Assembly (NCBI GenBank): GCA_963798485.1
Contig: CAWCTR010000010.1
Location: 1 to 64,000, forward strand
Length of the DNA: 64,000 nucleotides
Direction of reading: 5' to 3'
Origin: an uncultured delta proteobacterium
Lineage (GTDB): Bacteria > Desulfobacterota > Desulfomonilia > UBA1062
Under the pieces are notes generated by a model, which had not been told where the DNA came from, made no database searches, and saw only the letters and a list, made by a program, of their open reading frames with translations. The translations under genes and the position numbers were made by a program. Shown piece after piece: positions 18,967 to 28,141 of the stretch (position 1 is its first letter; each line of letters opens with the position of its first letter).

Positions 18967-20169
18967 TTATTTAAGGAGCATCTTCCACAGATAAGGTGTC
19001 AGTTTGTGAACGACCTTCTGTTGCATCCTGTTCTGTTTGAACATGCAATGCAATGAACCGAACTTTATTGTCATAAGACAGGCATTGCATGAAACACAAT
19101 CAGCCTTTGAGCTTCCTCTGCCTTCGAGCCAGCGGTTCGGCAGGTCCGGCTCACTGATGAGAGGCCGGCTGAAGGAGAAGAAACTGACTGGTCCCTTAGC
19201 CATCATACCCTCGAGTTCCTCCACATCACGGTTGCCTCCGACGAGGATGACAGGAATAGGAAGATCGAGCTTCTCTGCATATTTCATAAAGTAGGTTTGT
19301 TTATCCTTGCTGCCTATGCGCGTCCGTGCCTCTGGGATCGGCAAGGGGAAAAATCCGAGCTCTTCTTCTGTTCGTGCAAGACAGTCCCACATGCCACCAC
19401 TGATCTCTATGGCATCAAACCCCAGGTTGGCAATTTCACCCGCCAGTTCAGGAAAATCATGGTTGGTGATGCCTCCTGGTACAAAATCATCGCAGTTCAC
19501 CTTGATCAGGATGGGATAGTCCCCTACGTGCTCCCTGGCGCCTGAAATGATCTCCCGCAGAATATTCAGCCGGTTCTGGAGGGTTCCTCCGTATCGGTCT
19601 TGACGTTTGTTCGTGTATGGAGAGAGAAATGAGCTCAGAAGCCATCCATGGGCAGCATGGAGCTGAACGCCGTCAAATCCCGCTTTCTTGACTCGCACAA
19701 CTCCATCTATGAAACGTTTGACGATGTGTTCAATTTCATCTGTCGAGAGTACCCTGGGGGTTTTCTTCAATATTGGACACTGCACATCAGAAGGGCCTAC
19801 ACACTCAGCTTCCCTGTTCTCATGGAGGACCTGTCTCCCTGTGTGACTGAGCTGTCCGATCACCTTGCATTCGTTTCCGGTATTATGGACAGTTTCCGCA
19901 ACCTTGGCAATCTCCCCGATGAAGCTGTCATCATGGATGCACATCTGTGTCGGCATTGCCTTTCCCTGCTGCATTACTGCCATATGCCCGGTAATGATCA
20001 TGCCGACTCCGCCAAGTGAGAGGTTCTGGTAGAGGTCCTTCATCTTCTGGGTAAACCTGCCGTTTTTGGTCATGCATGATTCGAATGTGGCAGAGCGTAC
20101 CAGGCGATTCTTAAGCGTCAATCCGGCAATGCTGCCCTTGGAAAACAGCTGGTAATTTTCACGTCCCAT
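18967..20169 (-). CDS. NADH:flavin oxidoreductase (Old Yellow Enzyme family)
   Basis: KNRLVRSAT, GFDGVQLHAAHGWLL, NKRQDRYGG, CVSCNAC. Confidence 0.9.
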   Translation of the reverse strand: MGRENYQLFSKGSIAGLTLKNRLVRSATFESCMTKNGRFTQKMKDLYQNLSLGGVGMIITGHMAVMQQGKAMPTQMCIHDDSFIGEIAKVAETVHNTGNECKVIGQLSHTGRQVLHENREAECVGPSDVQCPILKKTPRVLSTDEIEHIVKRFIDGVVRVKKAGFDGVQLHAAHGWLLSSFLSPYTNKRQDRYGGTLQNRLNILREIISGAREHVGDYPILIKVNCDDFVPGGITNHDFPELAGEIANLGFDAIEISGGMWDCLARTEEELGFFPLPIPEARTRIGSKDKQTYFMKYAEKLDLPIPVILVGGNRDVEELEGMMAKGPVSFFSFSRPLISEPDLPNRWLEGRGSSKADCVSCNACLMTIKFGSLHCMFKQNRMQQKVVHKLTPYLWKMLLK

Positions 20170-20262
20170 AGAAACCTCCGCAGCAAGAAAATGCTATTCG
20201 AACCTTGATGCCTAGGCATTACACCATATTTTTGAGAATTTTTATACCCAAAGATGATCATG

Positions 20263-20287
20263 AATCCGGGGACACCATACTAGTTTT
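20263..20287 (+). repeat. Type B repeat
   Basis: AATCCGGGGACACCATACTAGTTTT, same extended flank as 8895. Confidence 0.85.
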
Positions 20288-20706
20288 TACACAGACCCTG
20301 ACCTGAGAGAACCTAGTTGAACGTAGAAGCAAGGCAGCAGGCATCGATTGATATGAAGTCGCAAAAAAGACAATACTTCCGTATCTGAGGAACTATCATA
20401 TCCCCCGTGTGGTTATCCCCCTTTGCATTCACGACGTAAAATGCTACATTAGTGAGGTGGTTTTGTGAAAGGGCAAGCCCGACGATTCGGGTTGATTCAA
20501 TAATGAACTGATAAAGGGCGTCACTGAAAACCGCACAGGTGAAAAAGACTCATATGTGTGGATTATGGATTTAGTAGGATTTCCCGGGAATTCATGAAAG
20601 GTTCTTTGATCCGAAAATGAAGATTCCATACCGCTTTGACCCCGATACCGAAGCAAAATACCTGGAAATGAAATTTCAGGAATCCAGAACGTTTGCCATC
20701 ATGGTT

Positions 20707-20775
20707 GGACAAAAAGGGACAAAAAGGGGACAAAAAGGGGACAGATTTATTTTTTAAGGCCGCCCCTGGCCTCTG
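20707..20775 (+). repeat. Type A repeat preceded by a triple GGACAAAAAG stutter
   Basis: 3' flank CCCTGGCCTCTG is shared with the 13274 copy. Confidence 0.85.
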
Positions 20776-20829
20776 AAATCAATCCTTATTGATTCGCCTT
20801 TCGACTTCATCAATGAATATCAATATTTC

Positions 20830-20858
20830 TTGACAAAGGTTCGACGACGAACTATTAA
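20830..20858 (+). promoter_or_regulatory. Sigma70 promoter with MarR operator palindrome GTTCG-N4-CGAAC (20839-20852)
   Basis: TTGACA-17 nt-TATTAA; a second operator copy at 21316-21329. Confidence 0.7.
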
Positions 20859-20865
20859 TCGTAGT

Positions 20866-21297
20866 ATGTTGGACAAGAGAAATGCAGTAATAGCCTTGAT
20901 AGGAAGCCTGCGCGAAGGCTACAACAAATTCCTTGAAAAAGAGCTCAAGGCAAATGGAATAGAAGGCATTGTGGGGTCGCACGGGTCCATTCTGGGTTGC
21001 CTGTTCCAGAACGAAGGCCGCATGAAGGTTCTCGATCTGGCAAAGAACATCGGACGGTCCAAATCCACGGTAACAGAGCTGGTGAACAAGTTGGAAAACT
21101 TGGGTTATGTGGAAAAGGCCACCTGCTGTATGGATGGACGCTGCACCTATGTCATGCTGACCAAAAAGGGCCTGGCTGTCCAGAAGGATTTCGATAAGAT
21201 ATCAAAAAAGCTCATTACGACTGCATATAAAGGATTTTCCGATGATGAAAAAGAGGCATTGATCAGCAGTCTGGAAAAGATGCGGAAGAACTTCTGA
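20866..21297 (+). CDS. MarR family transcriptional regulator (probably leaderless)
   Basis: wHTH KSTVTELVNKLENLGYV...DGR...LTKKG. Confidence 0.88.
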   Translation: MLDKRNAVIALIGSLREGYNKFLEKELKANGIEGIVGSHGSILGCLFQNEGRMKVLDLAKNIGRSKSTVTELVNKLENLGYVEKATCCMDGRCTYVMLTKKGLAVQKDFDKISKKLITTAYKGFSDDEKEALISSLEKMRKNF

Positions 21298-21315
21298 AAA
21301 AATTTTGCAGATAAG

Positions 21316-21329
21316 GTTCGGCTACGAAC
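21316..21329. promoter_or_regulatory. Second MarR operator GTTCGGCTACGAAC
   Basis: Upstream of the flavodoxin gene. Confidence 0.7.
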
Positions 21330-21355
21330 TAATAAAACCATATAGGAGGCGGAAC

Positions 21356-21928
21356 ATGAAAGTGGTGGGATTTGTGGGAAGTCCGAGGAAATCGGGGAAT
21401 ACTGCTGCAGTGGTGGAGGAGGTCCTTCGGGGCGCACAGGAAGCGGGTGCAGAAACGAGCGTATATAATCTTAACCAGCTCAATATAAGGGGATGCCAGT
21501 CATGCTACAAATGCCAGACACCGGATGGAAAATGCATACAGAAAGACGACATGGGAAAGCTGCTTGACGAGATCTACAGCGCCGATGCCATTGTGATCGG
21601 CACGCCTCTCTACATGATGCAGGTGACCGGCCAAACCAAGGTATTCCTGGACAGGTTCTTTTCCTTCCTCTATCCGGTGGATGCCACTTCGGGCAATTTC
21701 AGGAACAAGTTGGGCGGAAAAAAGGCAGTGACGGTGTACACGCAGGGCCAGCCTGATACCAATCTATTCTCGTCTTATCTCAACCAGATGGACGGCACCC
21801 TGAGCTTCATCGGCTTCAATGTACAGGGCCGGGTCGTGGCAGGCGGCAACAGAAACATGGATGATGCAAAAAAGGACAGTGCAGTTATGGAAAAGGCATA
21901 CGCCGCGGGGACAGCCCTTGTTTGTTAA
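21356..21928 (+). CDS. Iron-sulfur flavoprotein / flavodoxin family protein
   Basis: GSPRKSGNT, CQSCYKC..C, GTPLY; AGGAGG RBS. Confidence 0.88.
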   Translation: MKVVGFVGSPRKSGNTAAVVEEVLRGAQEAGAETSVYNLNQLNIRGCQSCYKCQTPDGKCIQKDDMGKLLDEIYSADAIVIGTPLYMMQVTGQTKVFLDRFFSFLYPVDATSGNFRNKLGGKKAVTVYTQGQPDTNLFSSYLNQMDGTLSFIGFNVQGRVVAGGNRNMDDAKKDSAVMEKAYAAGTALVC

Positions 21929-21962
21929 ATAGGGTCTGTTAAATAGGGTCAGAGACCATTTT
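21923..21962 (+). repeat. Type C repeat with a 14-bp tandem duplication TGTTAAATAGGGTC x2 overlapping the stop codon
   Basis: 21923-21936 is identical to 21937-21950. Confidence 0.85.
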
Positions 21963-22046
21963 CTATTAAATTAATTTCATAAGAAGCACCAGGTATTACT
22001 GGAGTGCCGGGGCTTCTATTGACTCATCTGAAAATTATATGTGTGC

Positions 22047-22775
22047 TTAAAAATATCGTCCCTTTACCAAAGCTTGTCCCATGAGAAAATAGCACATCGC
22101 ATCGATCATTGAAAAGATGCCCACACCGGCCCAGGCCCAGGTGGTGAGGTGAACGTTCAGCACACGAGTCTTTTCGTGGAGGGTATCGGAAAGGTCATCG
22201 GTCCGTTCGCGGGTATACAGGTAGAGAATAAGGACAACAATCATGGGCAGGGCATACCCGATGTTGTAGAGCAGGATATTCCCCAGTGCTGAATGCATGC
22301 CCAGATGAAGCGACGCATACTTTCCCAGTGCGATGATGTACGGGATGGACAAAGGAAAAGACGACACAGAAATAAATGTTCCGAGGGAAAAGGCGAAAAT
22401 ACCTTTCATGGACTTGAATCTCACAACCATAATATTCTGAGCACGGTCGACAGGGGCATGTCTTTTCCGGTAAAAATACCAGGCCCCGATGAGGGACATA
22501 ACGATCCCCGACACCAGTTCGATCTGATAGTATTGGGCATTGGGTATGCTCTCGGTGGAAGGAACATACCTGGCAAGAAAAACACGCAACTGGTCAATCG
22601 CCAAATACCCGCCCACACCGCACAAAAAATAAGCCCCGCTCAACCCGGCAAGATAGGCAATGCTGTTGCGTAACGGGTTGATGGTAGTCAGCAGCAGGAC
22701 AAAGATAATGATCTGCTGAGTTGTGGATAGACTGTCGAATAAGGATAATGTCAGGGTAAAAGGGATTGTACTCAT
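22047..22775 (-). CDS. GAP/Sap-family multi-TM membrane protein
   Basis: LSLFDSLS...LL, PLSIPYIIAL, LLYNIGYALP pattern; several TM segments. Confidence 0.65.
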   Translation of the reverse strand: MSTIPFTLTLSLFDSLSTTQQIIIFVLLLTTINPLRNSIAYLAGLSGAYFLCGVGGYLAIDQLRVFLARYVPSTESIPNAQYYQIELVSGIVMSLIGAWYFYRKRHAPVDRAQNIMVVRFKSMKGIFAFSLGTFISVSSFPLSIPYIIALGKYASLHLGMHSALGNILLYNIGYALPMIVVLILYLYTRERTDDLSDTLHEKTRVLNVHLTTWAWAGVGIFSMIDAMCYFLMGQALVKGRYF

Positions 22776-22791
22776 CAATTCACAGGTCAAT

Positions 22792-23202
22792 CTACTTCCT
22801 AAGAATCATCAGGAATTCCTGCGGAGATATGATTCTTACCGATTTATATTTCTTCAGATCAAGCAAGTCCTTGTCGCCGGTGACAATGTGGGATGCCTTT
22901 GCATTAAACGCAACTGAGATGAACATTTCATCGTCGGGATCACGGCAGACGCCATGTATCTCTTCCTCGATATCGACCACTTCAAAGAATGGAAGTATTT
23001 CCTTTTCAATGATGCTTTTCATCTCCTCATCTTTCAGGCCGAATTTCGGGTAGCTGAGCACTTTTCTGAACTCGGAAAAGGTTTCCTTCGAGATGGCAGG
23101 TGAAATGGCGCCTTTCTTCCAGAGATCAACGAACTCTGCAAGGTACCCCTTGAGAAGGATTGCAGAAACCAGGACGTTGGTGTCCAGGACGACCCGTTTC
23201 AT
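22792..23202 (-). CDS. PIN-domain toxin (VapC-like)
   Basis: VVLDTNVLVSA...CRDPDDE...IVTGDKDLL. Confidence 0.9.
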   Translation of the reverse strand: MKRVVLDTNVLVSAILLKGYLAEFVDLWKKGAISPAISKETFSEFRKVLSYPKFGLKDEEMKSIIEKEILPFFEVVDIEEEIHGVCRDPDDEMFISVAFNAKASHIVTGDKDLLDLKKYKSVRIISPQEFLMILRK

Positions 23203-23441
23203 CACTTCTTCTTTTTCCTTACCCAACTGACTGCATCGCTTACGTCTTCCCCTGTAATACCAAGTTTCTCCATCTTGTCCCGGATGCTTTCCAGGGAAGA
23301 GGTGATGGGGGTTATCCTGACAGGCATCAGTACAATCTGATTATCCTTCACCTTGGCGTCGAACAAGTCAACACCCGGGAACTTATCGGCAATTTCTTTG
23401 GGGAGAGTCAGCTGGTTTTTTGAGGTTTTCTTGGCAAGCAT
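23202..23441 (-). CDS. AbrB/MazE-like antitoxin
   Basis: KTSKNQLTLPKEI; TGATG coupling to the PIN gene. Confidence 0.85.
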   Translation of the reverse strand: MLAKKTSKNQLTLPKEIADKFPGVDLFDAKVKDNQIVLMPVRITPITSSLESIRDKMEKLGITGEDVSDAVSWVRKKKK

Positions 23442-23553
23442 ACTATCTTACCTCCTTACAGTAAGGATACCTTAATTTCCATTTGGCTGCAAGTCGAATA
23501 TCGCCGGAACTTATCGGGGCGGATTTCTTCATGACGCCCCTTCTCAGATGCTA

Positions 23554-23889
23554 TCAGGTGAAGATCTGGTGTAACACGAAGCTTACTACTGAAAAGACAA
23601 TACTGAAAAGGATCGCCCACCAGATATTCATGACGGAAAACCCGGTCACGATGGCGCTTGTCAGGAGCACGAGTAGTCCGTTCAGGACAAGGATGAAGAG
23701 CCCCAGGGTGAGGATGGTGAAAGGAAAGGTCAGTACAATCAATATGGGCCGCAGCACGGCATTGATGAGCCCGAGCACCAGGGCCGTCATCAGTGCTGTC
23801 CCAAAGCTCTGGACCGAAACCCCGGGCAGCAGATAGGCAGTGATCATGATCGACACCGTCATCAGAAGCCACTTGATAAATATTTTCAT
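23554..23889 (-). CDS. YvlD / 4-TM phage holin family membrane protein
   Basis: ALVLGLINAVLRPIL..LTFP..ILTLGLF...N. Confidence 0.85.
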   Translation of the reverse strand: MKIFIKWLLMTVSIMITAYLLPGVSVQSFGTALMTALVLGLINAVLRPILIVLTFPFTILTLGLFILVLNGLLVLLTSAIVTGFSVMNIWWAILFSIVFSVVSFVLHQIFT

Positions 23890-24002
23890 GGAAACCTCCA
23901 TACCCATGCTAACCTATTACCCACCACGGCAGCATTATTCTCACTCTGCCGATCACTGTACCGGCAGTCTGAACGAATGCCGCAAACGATCCCAAACAGG
24001 CG

Positions 24003-24290
24003 TTACGGCTTCAGGTTGTGGACCTCAAAGGGCGTTTCCTGGGGTGGCGTGGTGAAGCCTCCTTTGATGCCCTGTTTCATCCGGGGCATCAGGATGCCGT
24101 CGCGGAACTCCTCCCAACTCGCCCTGGATTCATGGACCGCCACGATCGTCCAGCCGCCGGCCGATGGGCCGGCCGCGTGGAAGATCTGGCCTTTCGGCAG
24201 TTTGTCTCTGCCGGGATGCACTGCTGCAATTGACGCCTCATACTGCTCCTTCGTGCCGCCCGGAAAGTAATGTACGATCCCGTATGCCAT
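24003..24290 (-). CDS. Small conserved hypothetical protein (alpha/beta barrel-like)
   Basis: FPGGTKEQYE..FHAAGP..GWTIVAVHES; GAAAGGAG RBS. Confidence 0.65.
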   Translation of the reverse strand: MAYGIVHYFPGGTKEQYEASIAAVHPGRDKLPKGQIFHAAGPSAGGWTIVAVHESRASWEEFRDGILMPRMKQGIKGGFTTPPQETPFEVHNLKP

Positions 24291-24501
24291 TTTCGTTCTC
24301 CTTTCAGGCTGATGGGGCCGCCTCCTATGACCCAACAGAAAGCATGGGGACATGCTTGTGAAATATGATGGCTCCAAGAATGCCCGCTACCCCATTCATC
24401 CCGGCGTCTGATGCTTTCCGTTTCATCAATCACTCCTTTGCTTTTGATAACTATATAGGAATCCCTTCGGGCGAAGGCAACACCCGGAAGAAATCCATCG
24501 G

Positions 24502-24590
24502 AAAAATGGGGTCAGAGACCATTTATCAAAGGAAAAGGGAAGAAAAAGAAGAAAAAGGGGACGGTTCTATTTTTCTGCGAGTCCCCATTT
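24502..24590. repeat. Repeat cluster: type C (24504), GAAGAAAAA x2 + type D (24552), inverted GTCCCCATTT (24581)
   Basis: Read directly; abuts the ORF6N stop. Confidence 0.85.
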
Positions 24591-25081
24591 TATTGTTCCT
24601 CATCCGTCTTTGAGAGAAACCCTATCTGCCTCTTCTTCTGCGCTGGCGGGGTCATAAGCTGCCGTATTGCATGGATCAGCATTGAAAGATCCTTGTCGTG
24701 AGACATAACCTTGTTCTCAAGTTCGTCAAGCTTGGCTGCAAGCCGTCTATGAGTCGAAAGAAGTTCCCTCAATTGCACAAACGCACGTACAACAAACACG
24801 CTCATCTCTATGGCCCGTGGTGTGTTCAGGATGGTTGCTGCCATGATCGCACCGTGTTCAGTGAATGCATACGGAAGATAACGGCGGCCTCCACGGCCTG
24901 CCTTTGAGGTCGCATTTTGCGACCTCAAAGATTCAAATTCCTCTGATGTGAGCTGGAATAGAAAGTCTTCAGGGAACCTTGAGATATTCCGTTTGACCTG
25001 CTCATTAAAACGTTTGGTTGGCACATCAAAGAGTTCCTCTTTCTTTGTGATAAGCTGGTTGGGTATGATGGTAGTGGGCAT
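24590..25081 (-). pseudogene. ORF6N-domain DNA-binding protein, apparently 5'-truncated
   Basis: ELFDVPTKRFNEQVKRNISRFPEDFLFQL...YAFTEHGAIMAA..KRQIGF; the usual IRGQKVMLD N-terminus is absent. Confidence 0.7.
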
Positions 25082-25186
25082 TGATGTCGGCGGGGAACGG
25101 AAAGGTTTCCATGCAGTCGCTCTGGGGACGGTCTCTTCATTGCAACGCAGAAGTCAACCGATCCATCTACTGTTGTGGACTGGTGT
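25065..25186 (+). pseudogene. Frameshifted N-terminal fragment of a DUF429-like (RNase H fold) gene
   Basis: MMVVGIDVGGERKGFHAVAL, then in another frame DGLFIATQKSTDPSTVVDWC. Confidence 0.45.
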
Positions 25187-25281
25187 CATCTCCAACCTCT
25201 CTTTTCTCATAAATCTTTCGTGAGATTTCAGGGAAAATGTGCCATGAAGAGAAAGAGGATTAACCACAGGGACAGGTTGCA

Positions 25282-26745
25282 ATGACAATGACCGCTGCTC
25301 ATCTGGTGCACGATGTCTGGCATATCGCTGCTATCGGACTTGGGTTGCTTCTTTCTGTATGTGCGACCGGACACGTAGTTCTCTACAAACGCGATTCGCG
25401 CTCCGCCATCGCGTGGGTGGGTTTCGTTTGGCTCGTGCCCCTCATCGGGGCTGTCATGTACTTCTTTTTCGGAGTGAATCGCATTCGCCGTAAGGCCTTT
25501 CTGCTGAGAAGAGACCTGGAGCGGTACCGGGCAGAAGCCACTCAACTGGAATGTATGCCGGAAGAGTTGCAGCGACATCTGCCGGATCACGGAGGATATC
25601 TCGAGATGCTGGCCCGGGTCGTTGGAGGTGTGGTGGAGCGGCCCTTATTGCCGGGGAACCGGATCGATCCGTTGGTGAACGGAGATGAAGCCTATCCGGC
25701 CATGCTTGAGGCGATCCAAAACGCGAGGCAGACAGTATCTTTTGTGACCTATATCTTTGATCGGGACGAAGTCGGGATGGCCTTTGCGCATGCGTTCGGC
25801 GAGGCTGTGCGCCGGGGCGTGGCAGTGAGGGTGCTGATTGACGCAACGGGGACTCATTATTCCTGGCCCTCCATTCTCCACACGCTGCAGCGGGAGGGGG
25901 TGAAGCATGCACGGTTTCTCCCGCCTTTTGCTTTGTTGCATCCGATGTCGGTCAACATGCGCACACACAGGAAGATCCTGGTGGCGGATGGGCGCGTGGG
26001 ATTTACCGGCGGCATGAATATTCGAGTGGGGAACTGCCTTCAAGCCCGACCGAAAAACCCGGTGCAGGACATCCATTTCCGCGTGAAGGGCCCTGTGGTG
26101 ACCCAGCTCCAGGAAGTATTCATTGATGATTGGCTTTTCACGACCGGTGAATCTTTGCGCGGTGAAAAATGGTTTCCACAAACCGAAAGCGCGGGGCAGG
26201 TGTTGGCGCGGGGCGTTACCGACGGTCCGGATGAGAATTTCGAGAAACTTCGTTGGACGCTGTTGGGAGCATTGTCGATTGCCCGCCGTTCTGTTCGTAT
26301 CATGACTCCCTATTTTCTGCCCGACCCTGCAGTGGTTTCCGCTCTGAATCTGGCAGCAATGCGGGGTGTTCAGGTCGATATCATTTTGCCTGCACAGATC
26401 AACCTGCCCTTCGTCCTGTGGGCCTCACGGGCGATGTGGTGGCAAGTGCTCCAGCATGGATGCCGGATATGGCTGACCCCGCCTCCATTCGATCACTCCA
26501 AACTCATGCTGGTGGATGGCTGTTGGGTTCTGTTGGGCTCGGCCAACTGGGATGCCCGGAGCCTGCGCCTCAACTTCGAGTTCAACGTGGAATGTTACGA
26601 CGTCAAGCTTGCCACGTGGCTTGATCAGTGGGTTGAGACGAAACGGAAGAGCGCCCGTCCCGTGACGTTAGAGGAGGTCGATGGCCGCTCACTGCCCGCC
26701 CGCCTGCGCGACGGTATCGCGCGATTGCTCACGCCGTACTTATAG
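25282..26745 (+). CDS. cls: Cardiolipin synthase (PLD family)
   Basis: N-terminal PLDc_N TMs; two HKD motifs HRKILVADG and HSKLMLVDG. Confidence 0.9.
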   Translation: MTMTAAHLVHDVWHIAAIGLGLLLSVCATGHVVLYKRDSRSAIAWVGFVWLVPLIGAVMYFFFGVNRIRRKAFLLRRDLERYRAEATQLECMPEELQRHLPDHGGYLEMLARVVGGVVERPLLPGNRIDPLVNGDEAYPAMLEAIQNARQTVSFVTYIFDRDEVGMAFAHAFGEAVRRGVAVRVLIDATGTHYSWPSILHTLQREGVKHARFLPPFALLHPMSVNMRTHRKILVADGRVGFTGGMNIRVGNCLQARPKNPVQDIHFRVKGPVVTQLQEVFIDDWLFTTGESLRGEKWFPQTESAGQVLARGVTDGPDENFEKLRWTLLGALSIARRSVRIMTPYFLPDPAVVSALNLAAMRGVQVDIILPAQINLPFVLWASRAMWWQVLQHGCRIWLTPPPFDHSKLMLVDGCWVLLGSANWDARSLRLNFEFNVECYDVKLATWLDQWVETKRKSARPVTLEEVDGRSLPARLRDGIARLLTPYL

Positions 26746-26784
26746 TCCGGAACTTATGTGTGGCGCGGGCATATCCATCTGAAT

Positions 26785-26980
26785 AAATGGGGTCAGGCAA
26801 GAAAGGCAAGAAAAGGGGCAAGAAAAGGGGACAGATTTATTTTCCGGTCTATTCTCCCGGGTTTAATTTTTGTGGAGTGCCGGAACCCTTGAGGAGATAC
26901 AGTATTTATCGGGTCAGAGACCATTTACGCCATTTACAGAAATAGGAGTCAGAGGCCATTTATGCACTGACCCCTATTTC
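26785..26980. repeat. Repeat cluster: C (26785), GGCAAGAAA stutter x3 + A (26827), C (26911), C doublet (26940-26979)
   Basis: Read directly from sequence. Confidence 0.85.
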
Positions 26981-27017
26981 CATTATCACCCCTTCTTTTC
27001 CTTACGCGGTCCTTCCT

Positions 27018-27467
27018 TTAGTGTCTATCGCGTCCCTGTTGTCCATGTCCCTGGAAGTGACGGCTGGGGATGCGTTGGTAGTTCCATGAGCGGCCGTGCC
27101 AGCTATGGGCTCTGTAATAGCCTCTCCAGCCTGGGTCCACATGATTGTAGAACCTTGGGACTCTGTTGTAATAGGCCCAGCCCCGATCGTAATAATGGGA
27201 GCGATACCAGCGACCTTCATAGGGACGCCACCACCAGCCGTTCCAGAAAAACAGCTCGACGTTGACATCAGGGGCCACGTAAACTCGGTCTGTATCCGGT
27301 ATATCCACCAGATCCGGAGGTCCCGGAGGTCCCGGAGGTCCTCCTCCGACTCCGATTACTATAGGAGGCAGACCGATGTTTATACCCACCCTTACCCCTG
27401 CCATTGCAGGGATAGGGGTGATAATCACTAATGCCAGCAATATTGTTAACAGATATAGTTTTTTCAT
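27018..27467 (-). CDS. Secreted Pro/Trp-rich protein (YXWGXW-like)
   Basis: Signal peptide, VGINIGLPP, FFWNGWWWR; GGAGGAG RBS; bracketed by type A arms at 26827 and 27572. Confidence 0.7.
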   Translation of the reverse strand: MKKLYLLTILLALVIITPIPAMAGVRVGINIGLPPIVIGVGGGPPGPPGPPDLVDIPDTDRVYVAPDVNVELFFWNGWWWRPYEGRWYRSHYYDRGWAYYNRVPRFYNHVDPGWRGYYRAHSWHGRSWNYQRIPSRHFQGHGQQGRDRH

Positions 27468-27569
27468 GTGTTTCTCCTCCGTGTAATTTTCGATTGTTTT
27501 ATAATTTAGATGACGAGTGAAGCACCTTTGTTGTCTACATTGGTAATAATGGTGTAAGAGGCCATTTTG

Positions 27570-27586
27570 ATCTGTCCCCATTTTTT
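27570..27586 (-). repeat. Type A repeat, inverted (ATCTGTCCCCATTTTT)
   Basis: Reverse complement of the GGGGACAGAT core. Confidence 0.75.
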
Positions 27587-27649
27587 GTGATAGGTTGGTA
27601 TGACTGGCGGGGAAATGGGGTCCATTTATAATGCAGGAGAATTGAGTCT

Positions 27650-28141
27650 ATGGTCACAACAGAAGAGCGCACCGAGCTTTTGGAAATGGTGAGGGAGCTT
27701 GCAAACAGCTCTCCTTACTATCGTCATGTACAGATGCAGGTAGTAGGGTTCACTCAGCAGGGATGTATCATGAACATGATCGTAGAGCACCAGCATACAA
27801 ACCTCTATGGCAACACTCATGGTGGGGCTGTTGCATCGCTGGCAGACTCCACCTGTGGAATATCGCTTGCAGTGGCACTCGAACGTAATGAATATGCCAT
27901 GACCCAGCACCTTGATGTAAGTTATCTTAAGCCCTCTACCAAAGGCATATTGCGTGCTGAAGGGAGATTGCTCTCGCGCGGCAGGAATTCAGCAGTACTT
28001 GAGGCGGATATCTTCAATGAATCAGGTGAAAAGGTTGCACACGCACATACTGTCCACAGTATTCGCAAGAGGCCGGGCGGGTATATTCCAGAGGACTCTA
28101 AAGATATTAATGATAGTAAAGACAAGGGAGAAAATGCCTAA
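27650..28141 (+). CDS. PaaI family thioesterase
   Basis: NLYGNTHGGAVASLAD; stop TAA overlaps a type B repeat. Confidence 0.9.
   Translation: MVTTEERTELLEMVRELANSSPYYRHVQMQVVGFTQQGCIMNMIVEHQHTNLYGNTHGGAVASLADSTCGISLAVALERNEYAMTQHLDVSYLKPSTKGILRAEGRLLSRGRNSAVLEADIFNESGEKVAHAHTVHSIRKRPGGYIPEDSKDINDSKDKGENA

Noticed and set aside
20300-20700. Possible degraded gene or ncRNA between two repeats
   Set aside because: No recognisable motif, long ORF or convincing structure by eye
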